Source: Octopus sinensis (taxonomy: Eukaryota). Taken from it: a stretch of 64,000 nucleotides of DNA. The notes beneath the pieces were generated by a model. The model ran no database searches and was not told the origin of the DNA. It saw only the letters and a program-made list of their open reading frames with translations. The stretch spans positions 68,262,001-68,326,000 of the forward strand of contig NC_043008.1 of assembly GCF_006345805.1 (NCBI RefSeq), written 5' to 3'. The position numbers were made by a program, and so were the translations under genes. Positions 25,563-39,227 of this stretch are shown here, piece after piece. Within the stretch, counting starts at the first letter, position 1. Each line of letters starts with the position of its first letter.

Positions 25563-27451
25563 CATATATGCACACATACACACACACATGCATACATACA
25601 TACACATAAGAACAAAGAAGGAAAAGAAGGAAAAAAAGATAGATTAGAACACGCCACTTCTGTCACCCCCTACCCTTATCCTTTAACCCAGCCGCCGCCG
25701 CCGCTCCTGCACGGCTCCAGTTCGTTGACTCTTACTTCCCCCCCACCTCTTGTATTTAGAGTACATGTAACACTGGCTGCTCACAGACTTGTTGTTGATG
25801 TTGTTGCTGGTGGTGCTGTCTGTCGTTCTGTCGTAGTGATGGTGGTAGAAAGGGGTTGTTGATGTTGTTGGTGGTGGTGGCGGCGGCGGGAGGAGGAGAG
25901 TCTAGAGGAAGTGGTGGTAGTGGTGGTGGTGGTGGTGGTGGTGGTGGTGGTGCATGGAGTCTGTTAGTATACTGTCATGGTAGAGGATGTTGTTGTGTGG
26001 AGGGGGAGTTAAAAAGAACAGGGCATGGGGAGGTGGGGACAGCTGTGTTTCATGACAAACAAGAACGAACACGCCCTAATAAAAATATGGAAAACAATTT
26101 TAATAACAATTTCTTAAGATACACACAATGGCATATATTTTGGAAGGGAGAGGACAGCGAATAGTCGTTAACTGCTACTGTATTTTATTGGCCCCCAGAA
26201 CGCGGAAAGATAAAAGGCAGAATTAATCTTGGCGGGGTTTGAACACAGACTGCAAAGAACCTCAACTGAAGCTCACATGTCGTTTCATTTTGTCTGCTTT
26301 CAACTGATTCTACTAGTTCAACTAATTCGTTCCCATTAATAATGCCACTTCTACCCACTCCAACTCCAAACTTATTTCTGGTTAGCACCGCCAGTCCAGG
26401 AATTTCTGGATATTGTCCATAGTCACTGAGCCGAAAGTTCTCCAGACTGGACCATTTTGTTGTTCTTTATCAACTCTTAGAGTCGCTTCAAGAACGTCGT
26501 TGTTCTTGCTCCCCACTGACCTTCTGTAGAATGCAAAGATTGATATGTCTACCACTGACTGAAATGTCTGACAGGTAAAATGCATCCCAGATGCCAGGCA
26601 TCCTGTTTTCTTGGTCTTATTTGACCCAGGACAACAGCTTCTCAGTATCTGTTTGTTGATGCTTGCTGGTATGTGTATGTATTTGCAAGTATGTATGCAT
26701 ATATATGTGTGGAGGTGCAATGGCTCAGTGGTTGGGGCAGTAGACTCACAGTCGGAGGATCGCAGTTTCGATTCCCTGACCGGGTGTTGTGTGTGCTTAT
26801 TGAGCGAAAACACCTAAAAGCTCCACGAGGCTCCAGCAGGGGGGGGGGCGACCCCTGATGTACTCTTTCGCCACAACTTTCTCTCACTCTCTCTTCCTGT
26901 TTCTTGAGTAACGCTGTGATGGACTGGCATCCTGTTCAGCTGGGGGGAACACATATGCCACAGAAACTGGGAAACTGGGCCCATGAGCCTGGCTAGGCTT
27001 GAAAAGGGCAACGTTTATCATTATGCATATATGTATATAATTATGTGGGTATGTATGTATGCATGCATGTATGTGTGTGTATGTATGCTTGTACTTATGG
27101 ATGTGCGTGTGTTTGTTTATAGGTATGCATGTACATGCAGAAGTTTGGCTTGGAACAAAAATAACAGAGATGACCATGACATTTTCAAGACAGTTGTGGT
27201 TGGCAAAAGACCAAAGATAGAACCATTCTGTACCTGGAAGCTAATTCAGTTCTTACTGCTCCATTCAGATTAAGTACAAAGGGTAAAGGATGAAACATGA
27301 GGCTGAGATACCTGCTCAAGATACAAAAGGGTTTCCAGTATTGAAATAGTTTTAGTCACAATCAGAAGAGGTTGCCATATCTTTAATTAACTCTTCCAGC
27401 CTCTGCATAAGCCAAAGCATCTTTGATAATTACTTCACACACACACACACC

Positions 27452-28808
27452 TTGGAGGAGGGAATAAGTTGATTACATCGACCCCAGTGAGTAACTGATG
27501 CTTATTTCATCAACCATGAAAAGGATGAAAAGTAAGTTGACCTCAGCAGAATTTGAACTCAGAACGTAAAAACAGAAGAAATGCTGCTAAGTATTTCAAC
27601 CAGTGTGCTAATGAGTCTGCCTGCTCACCACCTACTACTACTACTACTACTACTACTACTGATAAAAATAATAATAATAATAATGGTTTCTAACATAGGT
27701 ACAAGGTCACAAATTTTGAGGCCATGGGTTAGAGCCCCTAGTACTTGATAGGTTATTTATCTTATTAACTCTGGAAGAGTGAACAGTAAAGTCAGTCTTG
27801 GCAGGATTTGAACTTAGATCAAAGAGAGCCTGAATAAACACCACAAAGCATTTTGTCCACCACCCTAATGATTCTGCCAAGTTTCTTACTTTTTCTTTTA
27901 TTTCGTAACAAGCCATGACACCTAGCGAGAGTTACATTAATTATGCAAACAGACAGGTCCCTGTACAACTCTTGTCTGTAAGATACTGCTGATGGTGGTA
28001 TGATGGGTAGCACTGCAATGACAAACAACACAAAACTGGTGGTGGGAGAGCAGCGCCTTAAGTGGGGCTGCAAAGAGAAATAGAATTCACAGTGAAAAGA
28101 AATAAATATATAGAAAGATACACAAACACAGCCACCCACACATGTGTGTGTGTATACATCTATATATATATATATATATATATGAGGGGTAGCTAAAAAG
28201 TTCCTGGCTTTTGGGTAAAAGAAAATACAGGAGGATAAGTTAATTATAATTTCATTCAGCATATTCCCCTCTCAAATTCACACAGCAATAGCAGCAGTCC
28301 CTCAGTTTTTCTCAGCCCTGTAAAAGAACTTGGAAGGTTGGACCTCCAACCAGGCCTTTTGCAATACCCTTAAAGCCAGGAACATTTCAGCACACCCTCG
28401 CACACATACACACACACACATACACGTGCGCGTACACATACATGCATACATATATAGTACCGCCTGATTGGCACCCATGCCGGTGGCACACGAAAAGCAC
28501 CATTTGAGTGTGGTCGATGCCAGTGCCACCTGACTGATCCCTGTGCTGGTGGCGTGTAAAAAGCACCATTCATGTGTAATCGATGCCAATACCGCCTGAC
28601 TGGCCTTCATGCTGGTGGCATGTAGAAAGCACCCACTACACACTCAGAGTGGTTGGTGTTAGGAAGGGCATCCAGCTGCAGAAACTTTGCCAGATTGGAT
28701 TGGAGCCTGGTGCAGCCTTCTGGTTTGCCAGCCCTCAGTCAGACCGTCCAACCCACGCCAGCATGGAAAGCAGACAGTAAACGATGATGACAACGATGAT
28801 GATGATGA

Positions 28809-28845
<37 letters not shown>

Positions 28846-29415
28846 AACTGTACAGTATAGTCAGCCATTCTGTCCACCCACAGACATGGACATCCATTTG
28901 GCCCTAGCACCTTTTGACCCAGTAAAATATCACCAGAAAGGTAAAAAGCTGAATCAGCACAGGTAAAAACTGAACTCAGGAGGTAAAAGAACATAACTCT
29001 TTGCTGCCAAATATTTTTCCAACTTTCTACCAATTTCTCCTAGAATAACTTCTGACAATAATGTTTGTAACATACACACAGAGCCTAGTTAACTGCATCG
29101 GCCCTCAGTGCTTCACTGATACTTGATTTTATTTACCTAAAAAGTTAAAGTTAACCTCACCAGGGTTTGAATTCAGAACATAAAGAGCCTAAACAAATAT
29201 TTTTTTTCTACTCTAGGCACAAGGCCTAACATTTTGGGAGAGGGGGCAGTTGAATAGATCGACCCCAGTCTGCAACTGATACTTAATTAATAGACCCCAA
29301 AAAGATAAAAGGCAAAGTCAACGTCGGCGGAATTTGAACTCAGAACGTTAAGACAGACAAAATACCGGTAAGTATTTCACCCAGCATGCTAACATTTCTG
29401 CCAGCTCACTGCTTT
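27452..29415 (-). mobile_element. Several SINE family B copies (27452-27632, 27700-27885, 29090-29190, 29205-29415)
   Basis: Same diagnostic motif as the other family B copies. Confidence 0.75.
28183..28400. mobile_element. Mariner-type MITE in a TA tract
   Basis: Imperfect TIRs TGAGGGGTAGCTAAAAAGTTCCTGGCTTT / AAAGCCAGGAACATTTCAGCACACCCTCG. Confidence 0.75.
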
Positions 29416-29571
29416 AGCCTGAACAAATATTGCTATATATTAGGTAATGGATAGGAGGATAATTATAAGTTTCAAAAACTTGTAATTCCAAAATTTCAAA
29501 AATATTGGGTGTTTATGCAGGATTAATTTTGCTAGAAAAATATGATGTGTGGAAATTAGATATATACAAAT

Positions 29572-29845
29572 GAATTGAAATGTCCCAGTAGAGAAACATA
29601 CCCAGGGTCAATCAAGGGACCCAATGGATTTAGGTTTAATATGACCACCAAGGGCTTGTACACTCGCAAGCAGTATTCCCTGGCATATAGACACATTGTG
29701 CGAATAGGTCATTTTTGAAATTGAATGTCCCAATAGGGAAACATACCCAGGGCCAATCAAGGAACCCAACAGACTTAGGTTTAATATAACTACCAAAGGC
29801 TTTCAAGCAGTGTCCTCTGGCATATAGGACATGGTGAGAATAGGT
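29572..29845. repeat. Diverged tandem duplication, period about 147 bp
   Basis: AATGTCCCA.TAG.GAAACATACCCAGGG.CAATCAAGG at about 29579 and 29724. Confidence 0.8.
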
Positions 29846-30935
29846 CCCTTTACCTGCATTCCTCCTCAAACTCTCACTAAAGGACAGCCCTTGTCTCCTC
29901 TCCCCTCATCTTTCCCTCCAAGTCAATCTTAAAGAAGTTGATGAGGGCTTGACCAAAGGGGATAGTGATATCCTTCTTAAGTCTTTGAAATCTTATAAAT
30001 TTAGGAAAGGAAAGGGGAAGATAGAGCTGATTAGATTCACATCATTACATAACCAGTAGTTACTTGAATGCCCAGAAAAGAAACTAGATACTACAAGGCA
30101 TAAGGTCCTCTATGCTCTACTGTTTTTCACACTTCGCTGCCATTAACATAATACTGAGGAAAAGTAAAAAATAAATAAATAAATAAATAAAAACAGCAGC
30201 ATAGCGGAAGAGAAGACTAAATCTACTACTATTTGTACTATTACTACCATCACCACCATGACCACAATCACTACCTCCACCGTAAACAACACAAAAATTA
30301 CTACCGACACCATCAAAACATCACTACCATCACCAAAACTACGACTATTACTACTACCACTACCACCTCCAAAAACAATGCCAAATCACCACCTCCTAGT
30401 ACTACAACTAGTACTACAACTACTACCACAACCACCAACTCCTATTACCATCACCACTTCTACTACTACTACTACTACCACCACCACCATCACCACCACC
30501 ACTGCCACCACTACTACACCAGATGTAACAGCTATAACAGCAACAGCCTGCAAACAAGGTGTCCCAATTACAGAATATATTTATAATAAATGGTATTATT
30601 TTCAATATGTGTGTATTTGTATTTCCATGTGTTTGTCTTTGGGTGTGTGTTGGAGGACAGTGTATGTATGTGTGTGTTTGTTTGTTGTGTGTATGTGAGA
30701 GAGCGTGCAAAGTAACTCAACCGCCCCAGTATACACTTATGTACCGATATATATGCGTACACGTTTCTGTTCATACACATACACAAGTATGTATGTATGT
30801 ATGTATGTATGTATGGATAGATGGATGGATGTATCTATATCTATATCTATTTATCTATCAATCTCTCTCTCTCACACACTCACTCTCTATCTGTCTATTT
30901 GTCTCTCTCTAGTTGTCTGTTTCTCTCTCTCTCCA

Positions 30936-31009
<74 letters not shown>

Positions 31010-31027
31010 TATATGTATATGTGTATG

Positions 31028-31059
<32 letters not shown>

Positions 31060-31069
31060 GTCTGTATTT

Positions 31070-31115
<46 letters not shown>

Positions 31116-31184
31116 ATGTATGTGTGTGTGTATACACACATACACACACATATATATTTACATATATGCATATATGTATGTGTG

Positions 31185-31216
<32 letters not shown>

Positions 31217-31631
31217 TGTATGTATGCTTGTAAGTATATACTTTCTATGATTATGTTTCTGTCTCCTTTTACTGGTTTTAGCCATAATCAGCGCCCATGT
31301 GAAATGAATAAAGTGGTGAATAAACCCTTTAAATAGGTTTAGTTGCCCCTATATATTTCAGTCTGGTGTTTATTTTATAGATCTCTATTTGCTCAGTTAT
31401 AGAGCATAAAAGGAACGCCAACATCAGCTACAACAGGTTTTAAACAGTAAATATAAACACAGCCATGCAGACATGCATACACACACACACATGAACTCAC
31501 ACACACAAACTCGCGCGCACACATAACCACACATGCAAGCACATAACTCTATATGTCCAGAAGCTTCTCCAACACGTGGGCATGTGTATATGCATATCTA
31601 TAAACACACATATGCACTCACACATATACAT

Positions 31632-31679
<48 letters not shown>

Positions 31680-31683
<4 letters not shown>

Positions 31684-32098
31684 TCATAAGATATGTATAG
31701 GGTGGGGAATGTTCTTAGAAATTTCACCGCCAGTGGCCTAGCATTTATAAAATGTCAAATAGACAACATATTCTCAATATAAAATAGTGTACATTTAAAC
31801 ACAAAAGAAAAATTACCTTTAACAGGTAATTTTTACACGCTAGAAGAAGCAGTCAAAATGACCAAAACCACATTTAAGAGCAATTTTCGAAGGAAATGAC
31901 AAATAAAAACTTTCACCTTGTTATTTTTTTTTTTTTTCTTACCTTGTTATTAACAAGGTAAATAACAAAAAGTTATTATTTTTCATTCCCTTCGAAAACT
32001 GGTCTTAAATGTGGTTTTGGTCATTTTGACTGCTTCTTCTAGCATGTAAAAATTACCTGTTAAAGGTAGTTTTCCCTTGTGTTTAAATGTACACTATT

Positions 32099-32099
<1 letters not shown>
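31680..32099. mobile_element. Fold-back insert between microsatellites (arms about 31783-31899 and 31984-32099)
   Basis: About 115-bp imperfect inverted repeat; only a possible hammerhead 3' half (CCTTC-GAAA-ACTG-GTC) is retained. Confidence 0.7.
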
Positions 32100-32157
<58 letters not shown>

Positions 32158-32163
32158 TACATA

Positions 32164-32212
32164 GGTTTGATAAGTGCCAACACACGAAACTCTTAGACAT
32201 TGAGTCATTCTG
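32164..32212 (+). ncRNA. Type I hammerhead-like motif with U3-A8 core; identical copy at 32345-32393
   Basis: GGU-UUGAUAA-GUG-CCAACA-CAC-GAA-ACUC-UUAGACAUU-GAGU-C-AUU; stems II and III pair perfectly, GUC site, weak stem I. Confidence 0.7.
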
Positions 32213-32283
32213 TTACTTCTGATAAATATTAATAAAGTTATACATATACTAATATATTTAATATATATATAATATATATATAT

Positions 32284-32338
<55 letters not shown>

Positions 32339-32439
32339 TACATAGGTTTGATAAGTGCCAACACACGAAACTCTTAGACATTGAGTCATTCTGTTACTTC
32401 TGATAAATATAATAAAGTTATACATATACTAATATATTT

Positions 32440-32488
<49 letters not shown>

Positions 32489-32940
32489 TTAGCTTAAGGC
32501 TACAATAGATGACATTTGCCCACTTGCCAGACAGGAGCGTATCAAACCTGGAACCACGTGATACCAAATTATTTACTTAAAACACACAACCATACCTGTT
32601 CCTGTGTATGTCAATATGAAAATATTAGAAAGGATGTGATCTGTTAGTATATAATTTATCAAAGTAAAATTAAAATTACAATAAATATTCATTAAAATGG
32701 CCTAGAGTAGTGTTTTTTTTTCTAGGTGAGAGTAAAACACCCTAACAGTGGGGGAAGTGGAATAATTTGGCATGGTAGGGGTTACTTTTGAATCAGGTGT
32801 AAGTAATAAGTCGATAAAAGCTGCAAGAAGGGTTTACTTAAAATTTACTTAAAGCTACCACAGTATAGTTTGTTCTAACAAAACAACTAATTCTAAGTGG
32901 GGATAGATATTAATCCCTACTATTAATATTGCTTCTGTTG

Positions 32941-32993
<53 letters not shown>

Positions 32994-33879
32994 ATATATA
33001 TATACATATGCATACTTATATATGTATAAATAAATGTGTGTGTGTATATACAAATATATATATATATACACATATATATATATACACACACACACAAAGA
33101 TACATATATGTGTGTGATATTAACTTTGTTCATAGTGGGTCACATGGTTTTTGGAAAATCAAAATGGGGCCAGTGATAGAAAAGTTTAAGAAATACTGGT
33201 CTTGACACTCCAACGGTTATACACTACAACCAAAACTGATAGTATTTCCCGCTAAAAAATTTTCAAATCAATCCAATACATTAGCAGCATTACAGTGGGT
33301 GATCAAGAGACTGGAACAGCTAAGCACTCCCAATCTATCTCAAGCATGCTTGCATATTACTAGGCTGTTCTCCTCCAGTGTTCCAATTGGCTGTATGCTC
33401 TATGTTTACCCAGTGTCTGTAGATAAGCTTCAATTTCTTCTTACAGGTTTGGTATCATGTGACCCATGCTTTTCCCTATCTTCTCTGTTTCCCCCTGTTC
33501 ATGTCTGTCTCAGTGCTATTTTTCACAAACTGGTGATTTAGCTTCTGCAGTATATGACCCAAACAGTCGTATGCTTCATTCGTTATTACGTTCTGGAGTC
33601 TTCACGAAGATATTGTTTAGTTATCTTCATTTCTGATATGACCACCGTCATTATTACATTATTATCATTGTTTAATGACCATGTTCCATGCAGGTATGGG
33701 TTGGTTGGTTTGACAGGATCTGATGAGTCTGAGAACAGCATCATGCTCCATTATCTGCTCTGGCATGGTTTTCATAATTGGATGTCCTTCCTAATGCCAA
33801 CCACTTTACAATGTGTACTTTGTACTTTCTTTCTTAGAACTAGTAAGATTGAGATTTTCTTCAAGCCCTTTGGTGAAAG

Positions 33880-34040
33880 CCATACCATTTTATAATGGTG
33901 GTGGCTGGGCTGGATTAAGACCCATTAAGGCCCTAAGCGCTTAAAAGATTTTGGTGCCCCCATACCATTTTATAATGGTGGTGGCTGGGCTGGATTAAGA
34001 CCCATCGAGGCCCTAAGCGCTTAAAAGATTTTGGTGCCCC
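33880..34040. repeat. 80-bp direct tandem duplication
   Basis: CCATACCATTTTATAATGG...TTTTGGTGCCC twice with two mismatches. Confidence 0.9.
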
Positions 34041-34879
34041 CATTAAGGATTATGTAATTCAAAATATAAACAATAACAAACCATAGAATAAATTTTTATT
34101 TTTCGAAATGAAACAAAATAATAAGAGGTAAAATAGTGTTTATTATTTGCATTACTCTTCCAATTTTCACTTGCATATACTGCCACAGGTCCATTTTGTG
34201 ACTTACAACATGCTGTCTTATAGAAATTCCCAATTGATTTACATGCTATAAATCTCTATCTCATACTCCTCTTCCTTTTAGTTACATGCATTATCTATTA
34301 TTTCTTTAAAGCTACGAATGGTTGAGGGAGCTTTCGCCTTCCATGATTTTCCTCTCTGGATTGTCTTGTGATTGCTCTTGGGTCCATATAGCTCTTAACA
34401 TGAAATTAATGGTCATTAATTTATGTTAAGTGGAACATTCTTCACTGAGAAGGATTTTAGTATTCACAACAAATTGCTATTTCCTCTTGTATATGGGTAT
34501 TCAATTGATTGTATGTGATCAGGTGATTAGCTGGTTTCCTGAAGTTACCTCTGCCTATGATAAGGTTATTTGTATCAGAATTCCAAGAACTTTGGTCTCT
34601 GCTTTCCTTGTACCATATCCATAGCCTCCATCTACACCAGAGTAGACATCATGGTATTACCCAATATATGCATTAAAGCCAATAGCTGTAATAAAATATT
34701 GCTGTCATTTATAGTCTGCATGAGGGCCTCATAGAAATAGTCCTTTGTTCATCTGTCAGTCATAATTGGTGTGGATATGCAGATATGCAGTGACAGCTGT
34801 TGCTGTTGTGTTAACTATTCTGTTTCATATTTTAATTGCATCAATTGCTTTATTTATCCCTATTTCTACCAATAATATA

Positions 34880-36212
34880 CATACACCACACAGAAGAATT
34901 TGTATGCTTGCACTTAGTGTCTCTGAAAAGAAAGAGATGTAGAAGTGCTACTATGAAAGGCTATCAAATGTAGAAAATGAATGGGAGAAAGAGAGCCTCC
35001 CCTGTGTGAATCCAACAAAAGGACCAGTTATTCGAGTCAACAGCAGTATGATAGATAAGGCTATTAGGGTTCTGAAGATAAGGAAAAACCCTGGTCCATC
35101 AGGAGTTACTGTTGAGATGCTTAAAATATTGGGTGGAGTAGGATACGGTCTTGACACCCATATAATTAATCAAATTATTCAGGAACGTGTCATCCCTAAT
35201 GACTGGTGTAGCAGCATTATAGTCAGCTGCTACAAGGGTAAGGGAGATGCCTTAGATTGAAGTAATCACAGAGGTATGAAATTGCCAGATCAGGTCATGG
35301 GAGTTACAGAAAGAGTGATAGCCAAATTAATTAGAACAGAATCAGATTAGATGAAATGCAGTTTGGTTTTGTGCCAGGGAGAAGCACTACTGATGCTATC
35401 TTTATAGTCAGACAACTACAGGTGAAGTATGTGGCTAAGAATAAACCATTATATTTGGCATTTGTTGACCTGGAGAAAGCCTTCAACAGAGTACCCCACT
35501 GTGTGATATGGTATGCTCTGAGGAAGCTAGACATAGATGAATGATTTGTGAAAGTTGTACAGGCCACGCACAGAGGCTCTGTCAGTAAGGTCAGAGTTAA
35601 CCATGAGTCCAGTAAGGAATTTAGTGTGTAGGGAGGCATTCATCAGGGTTTGGTTCTCATTATTGTCATCTAAGCCATAACAGAGGAATTCAAGATCACT
35701 TGCCCCTGGGAACTGCAATATGCTGATATCTTGCTCTCATAGCAGATTCTGTAACAGAACGCGAAAAGAAATTCCAGGTATGGAAGCAAAACCTGGAAGT
35801 GAAGGGCTTCAAGGTTAACTTAGCAAAGACCAAAGTTCTAGTAAGCAAGAGAAGAGACAAGCCACTACCCATTTCAGGTAAATTGCCCTGCTTGATATGT
35901 AGCAAAGGTGCAAGCAGGAATTTCATATGATGTACCCAGTGCAAGCTATGGACACACAAGAAGTACAGTGGAATAATAGGATGGTTGTCAGAGAAGGCAG
36001 TGTTTGTGTGTGAATGATACACAGGAGCCATAAAGTCTACAGATATAAATTGATTTTTCTCAAATGCCCTGCAGGATCTCCAGATGTGGATAATTTCTGC
36101 AACTTAGGGGACCAAATCAGCAGTGGAGAGGATGTAAGGAATGTGTAATTGCTAGAATAAGAATAGGATGGAGAAAATTCAGAGAGCTTTTACCTCTGTT
36201 GGCAACCAAAAG

Positions 36213-36243
<31 letters not shown>

Positions 36244-37147
36244 GAAAGGAATATTGTATGGTGCATGTGTATGAACAACAATGCTACATGTTAGTGAGAT
36301 GTAGGCCCTGAATGCAGAGGACATGCAAAGACTAAGGAAGAATGAAGTTAGTATGCTCTGTTGGATGAGCAATGTCAGTGTACATGTGTGACAGAGTGCT
36401 AATGTATTGAGAGAAAAGTTAAGAGAAATTAGATGCAGTGTGCAAGAGAGATGACTGAGCTGGTTTGGTCATGTGATGTGTATACATGTAGACAGTTGGA
36501 TAAAGAAGTGCCAACCACTTAAAGTAGATGGAACTCATGGAAGAGGGAGACCCAGAAAGACAACTACCGAAGTACTGAAGGCTGATCTCAAAACACTGAT
36601 CCTAATGAAGGAAATGGCAAAGATATCTGGTGTCTTGCTGTACTCTGGAAGACTGGTCCACCACAGCAGAATTGATATCCTAAATGCCATTGGTAATGCT
36701 CGTCCTTGAAGAACTCTGCTCCATCCCTGCCTCCATCCTCTCTGACCTTTTATCTCTCACACTTCATCTCCTAACACCTATCACTTCTCTATCACCTGAG
36801 AGCAAAGTAAGCTCTTATTATATACCCCTACTTTCTTAGTTGCCTTCCTCCTCCCCAAACCACTTCCATTTTCCATTATCTTCTTCCACCTACTGTCTCC
36901 ACCAATCAACACCTTTCTGTGCCTTTTTGCCTCTCCATCATTAATACCTCTCTTACCTGTTATCATTCTCAATGCCATCATGTATTTACCGCAGCCCCCA
37001 TCCCTGAGCTTCTCCTATATTTTGCTCCATCATTTGCTACAGCCACCTTTTTCCTGCCTACTCACTCTATCCAAAGCTCTGCATCACCTCACTTATTCTC
37101 ACCATCCCCAGTGTCCCATAAAGGCATGTCTTGACACATCTTCACCA

Positions 37148-37181
<34 letters not shown>

Positions 37182-37603
37182 ATTGATTTCTTTATCTTAC
37201 TCTCTCAATCACTCATTCTCTTACTCTTACTCTTTAACTTGATCTCCTTTCTCTCCCAACTGGAGTATCCATGTATCTACTCTACCACAAGACCCCCGTC
37301 CTTGTGAATCAATTCCTTTAATCTCTCAACTGGCACAAAGCTACCTGTGCCTCAATACTACTTTCCCTCTTCCAACCAAGGAGTTTTGTCTTGTAAATTG
37401 CTTGGTGACCCAGTCGGTACCAGTGCCACATAAATCGCATCCAGTACACCTTGTAAAGAGGTTGGCATTAGGAAGGGCATCCAGCTGCCAAAACAGACAA
37501 TGGAGCCTGGTGCAGTTCTCAGCCTTACCAGTGCCTATCACACCATCCAACCCATGCCAGCATGGAAAACAGACATTAAATGATGATGATGATGATGATG
37601 ATG
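34880..37603 (+). mobile_element. Degenerate RTE-clade LINE (RT, C-terminus, 3'UTR, (GAT)n tail)
   Basis: PGPSGVTVEMLK, YKGKGDALD, QFGFVPGRSTTDAIFIVRQLQ, FVDLEKAFNRVP, GRGRPRKT; many stops and frameshifts. Confidence 0.92.
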
Positions 37604-38807
37604 AAATGTGTATTTGTGCACCTCCTTTTCTTGATATCACATGATGGTAATAAACAATCATCACCATCAAATGAAGAATGTTCTTCATTTCCAGTCCTCT
37701 GTGAGAAACATGTCTGGCCTTGGAAATATTGCCTTCTCAGGTAACAAGCGAGTTTTGGTGACAGTAAAGGTATCTGATTATAGAAAATCTGCCTCAATGA
37801 ATTCTGTTTGACCCATGTAAGTATGGAAAACTGGACATTAAATGATGATGATGATGACGATGATATTGCTTGCCCATGAGGAATTTGGCTGAGACTCCTT
37901 TCTATCTTACCTCTTGTAAACAGCATACACCTAATTGCCTTCCCTCGAGCAGTTCTATAATGTGTCCAGACCTACTTTTTGTTGTGATAACATTGTGATG
38001 GCAGCAGCTCTGAAGTTTTATATCTTACATGCCTACAGAAGAAGATACAATGTTTCCAGTGTTGCTGTGCTAGTTGTTTGATGTCTGTTTTCTGTTTATG
38101 AAAAAAAGAAAGGAAAGCTGATATGATTGGGAGATAAAGATCAAAATGTTCTCACACAGGACCAGATGGTCCTACCTAACTACCCAGCTATCGCGTTTAG
38201 CACTGATGTGGTGATCATTCATCCTGTGTACACAAGATGTTTCACTGTCATAATCTTAATATGGTTTCATTGGCTGGATGCATCCAACGGATACAGTTTA
38301 TCATACCTCTAACATTATCCACACTTATTAATAAAAGTTAGTACTCTCCTTGATAGAATTCCTGCTATCCTAGTCAGACATTCTGCATATCTTCACTGTG
38401 AATTGCAGTGACTACATCTCTTCCATGTTCAATGTGAAAATTCTCCTGGTCTGGTTTACCTTCATTATAGCTGAGAAGCCACATCCCTATGATAATGCTC
38501 AGTTTGCTGATAATGTGGCCATAGTTACAGTACATGTGTGGGTTTGTTTATTGTGTCTAAATTCTTAGAAGTATATATTTTCAAGGGTACTTACTATAAA
38601 GAATCTAGTTTGTTTTGAGTGTCTCAATTCTTAGATGAGTCACACATCAGGTAGGACTGTGACAGTACCAACATAACATATTTCTCTATATTAAAGGCAA
38701 GATAAAGAATTTAACTGATCCATGTACATATATAAGCATATATGTTTGTGTGTGTCTACACACACACATACACTTTATTATTCTGATATTATGATATATA
38801 TATATTA

Positions 38808-39190
38808 TGGCTGCCCCCTCATTATCGAGTATGGCCATTGCACGAAGCTTAACTGTTACTGTTGCTGTGATTGAATGTGACTTTTTAGCCCAGCTAAAGA
38901 TCTACAATGTTTTGTACAGAATTGGCAACTAATACCTTTACCGGTAATAGCCGGCTGTAGTTGTAACTGGGCTTCATGTACCTTTGCATGTCGTTTAAGT
39001 CCTCCTGCCAAATTACACTCTCTTCCACATTCCCGACAGATATGATTAGTATGGTCTGTTACACCACCACCAGTGGCCAGGTTGTCTCTCATCTGTCTCG
39101 CTTTATGACTACGAAGATGACTCTTGAGTCCAGCTTTACTGAGGTAGGGTCTTGCAGACATTGCATGTCAGCATCAAAGGAAGACCCTTT
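38808..39190 (-). mobile_element. Probable LINE ORF2 3' end with three C2H2-like fingers, flanked by (TA)n
   Basis: TCNVC/PYLSKAGLKSHLRSH (frameshifted), CRECGRECNLAGGLKRHAKVH, CQFCTKHCRSLAGLKSHIQS, then a stop and short 3'UTR. Confidence 0.6.
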
Positions 39191-39227
39191 GTATATATAT
39201 ATATATATATATACACATATATACATA

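Noticed and set aside
30230-30550. His/Thr-rich ORFs
   Set aside because: (CAC/TAC)n trinucleotide low-complexity sequence without convincing splice or start context.
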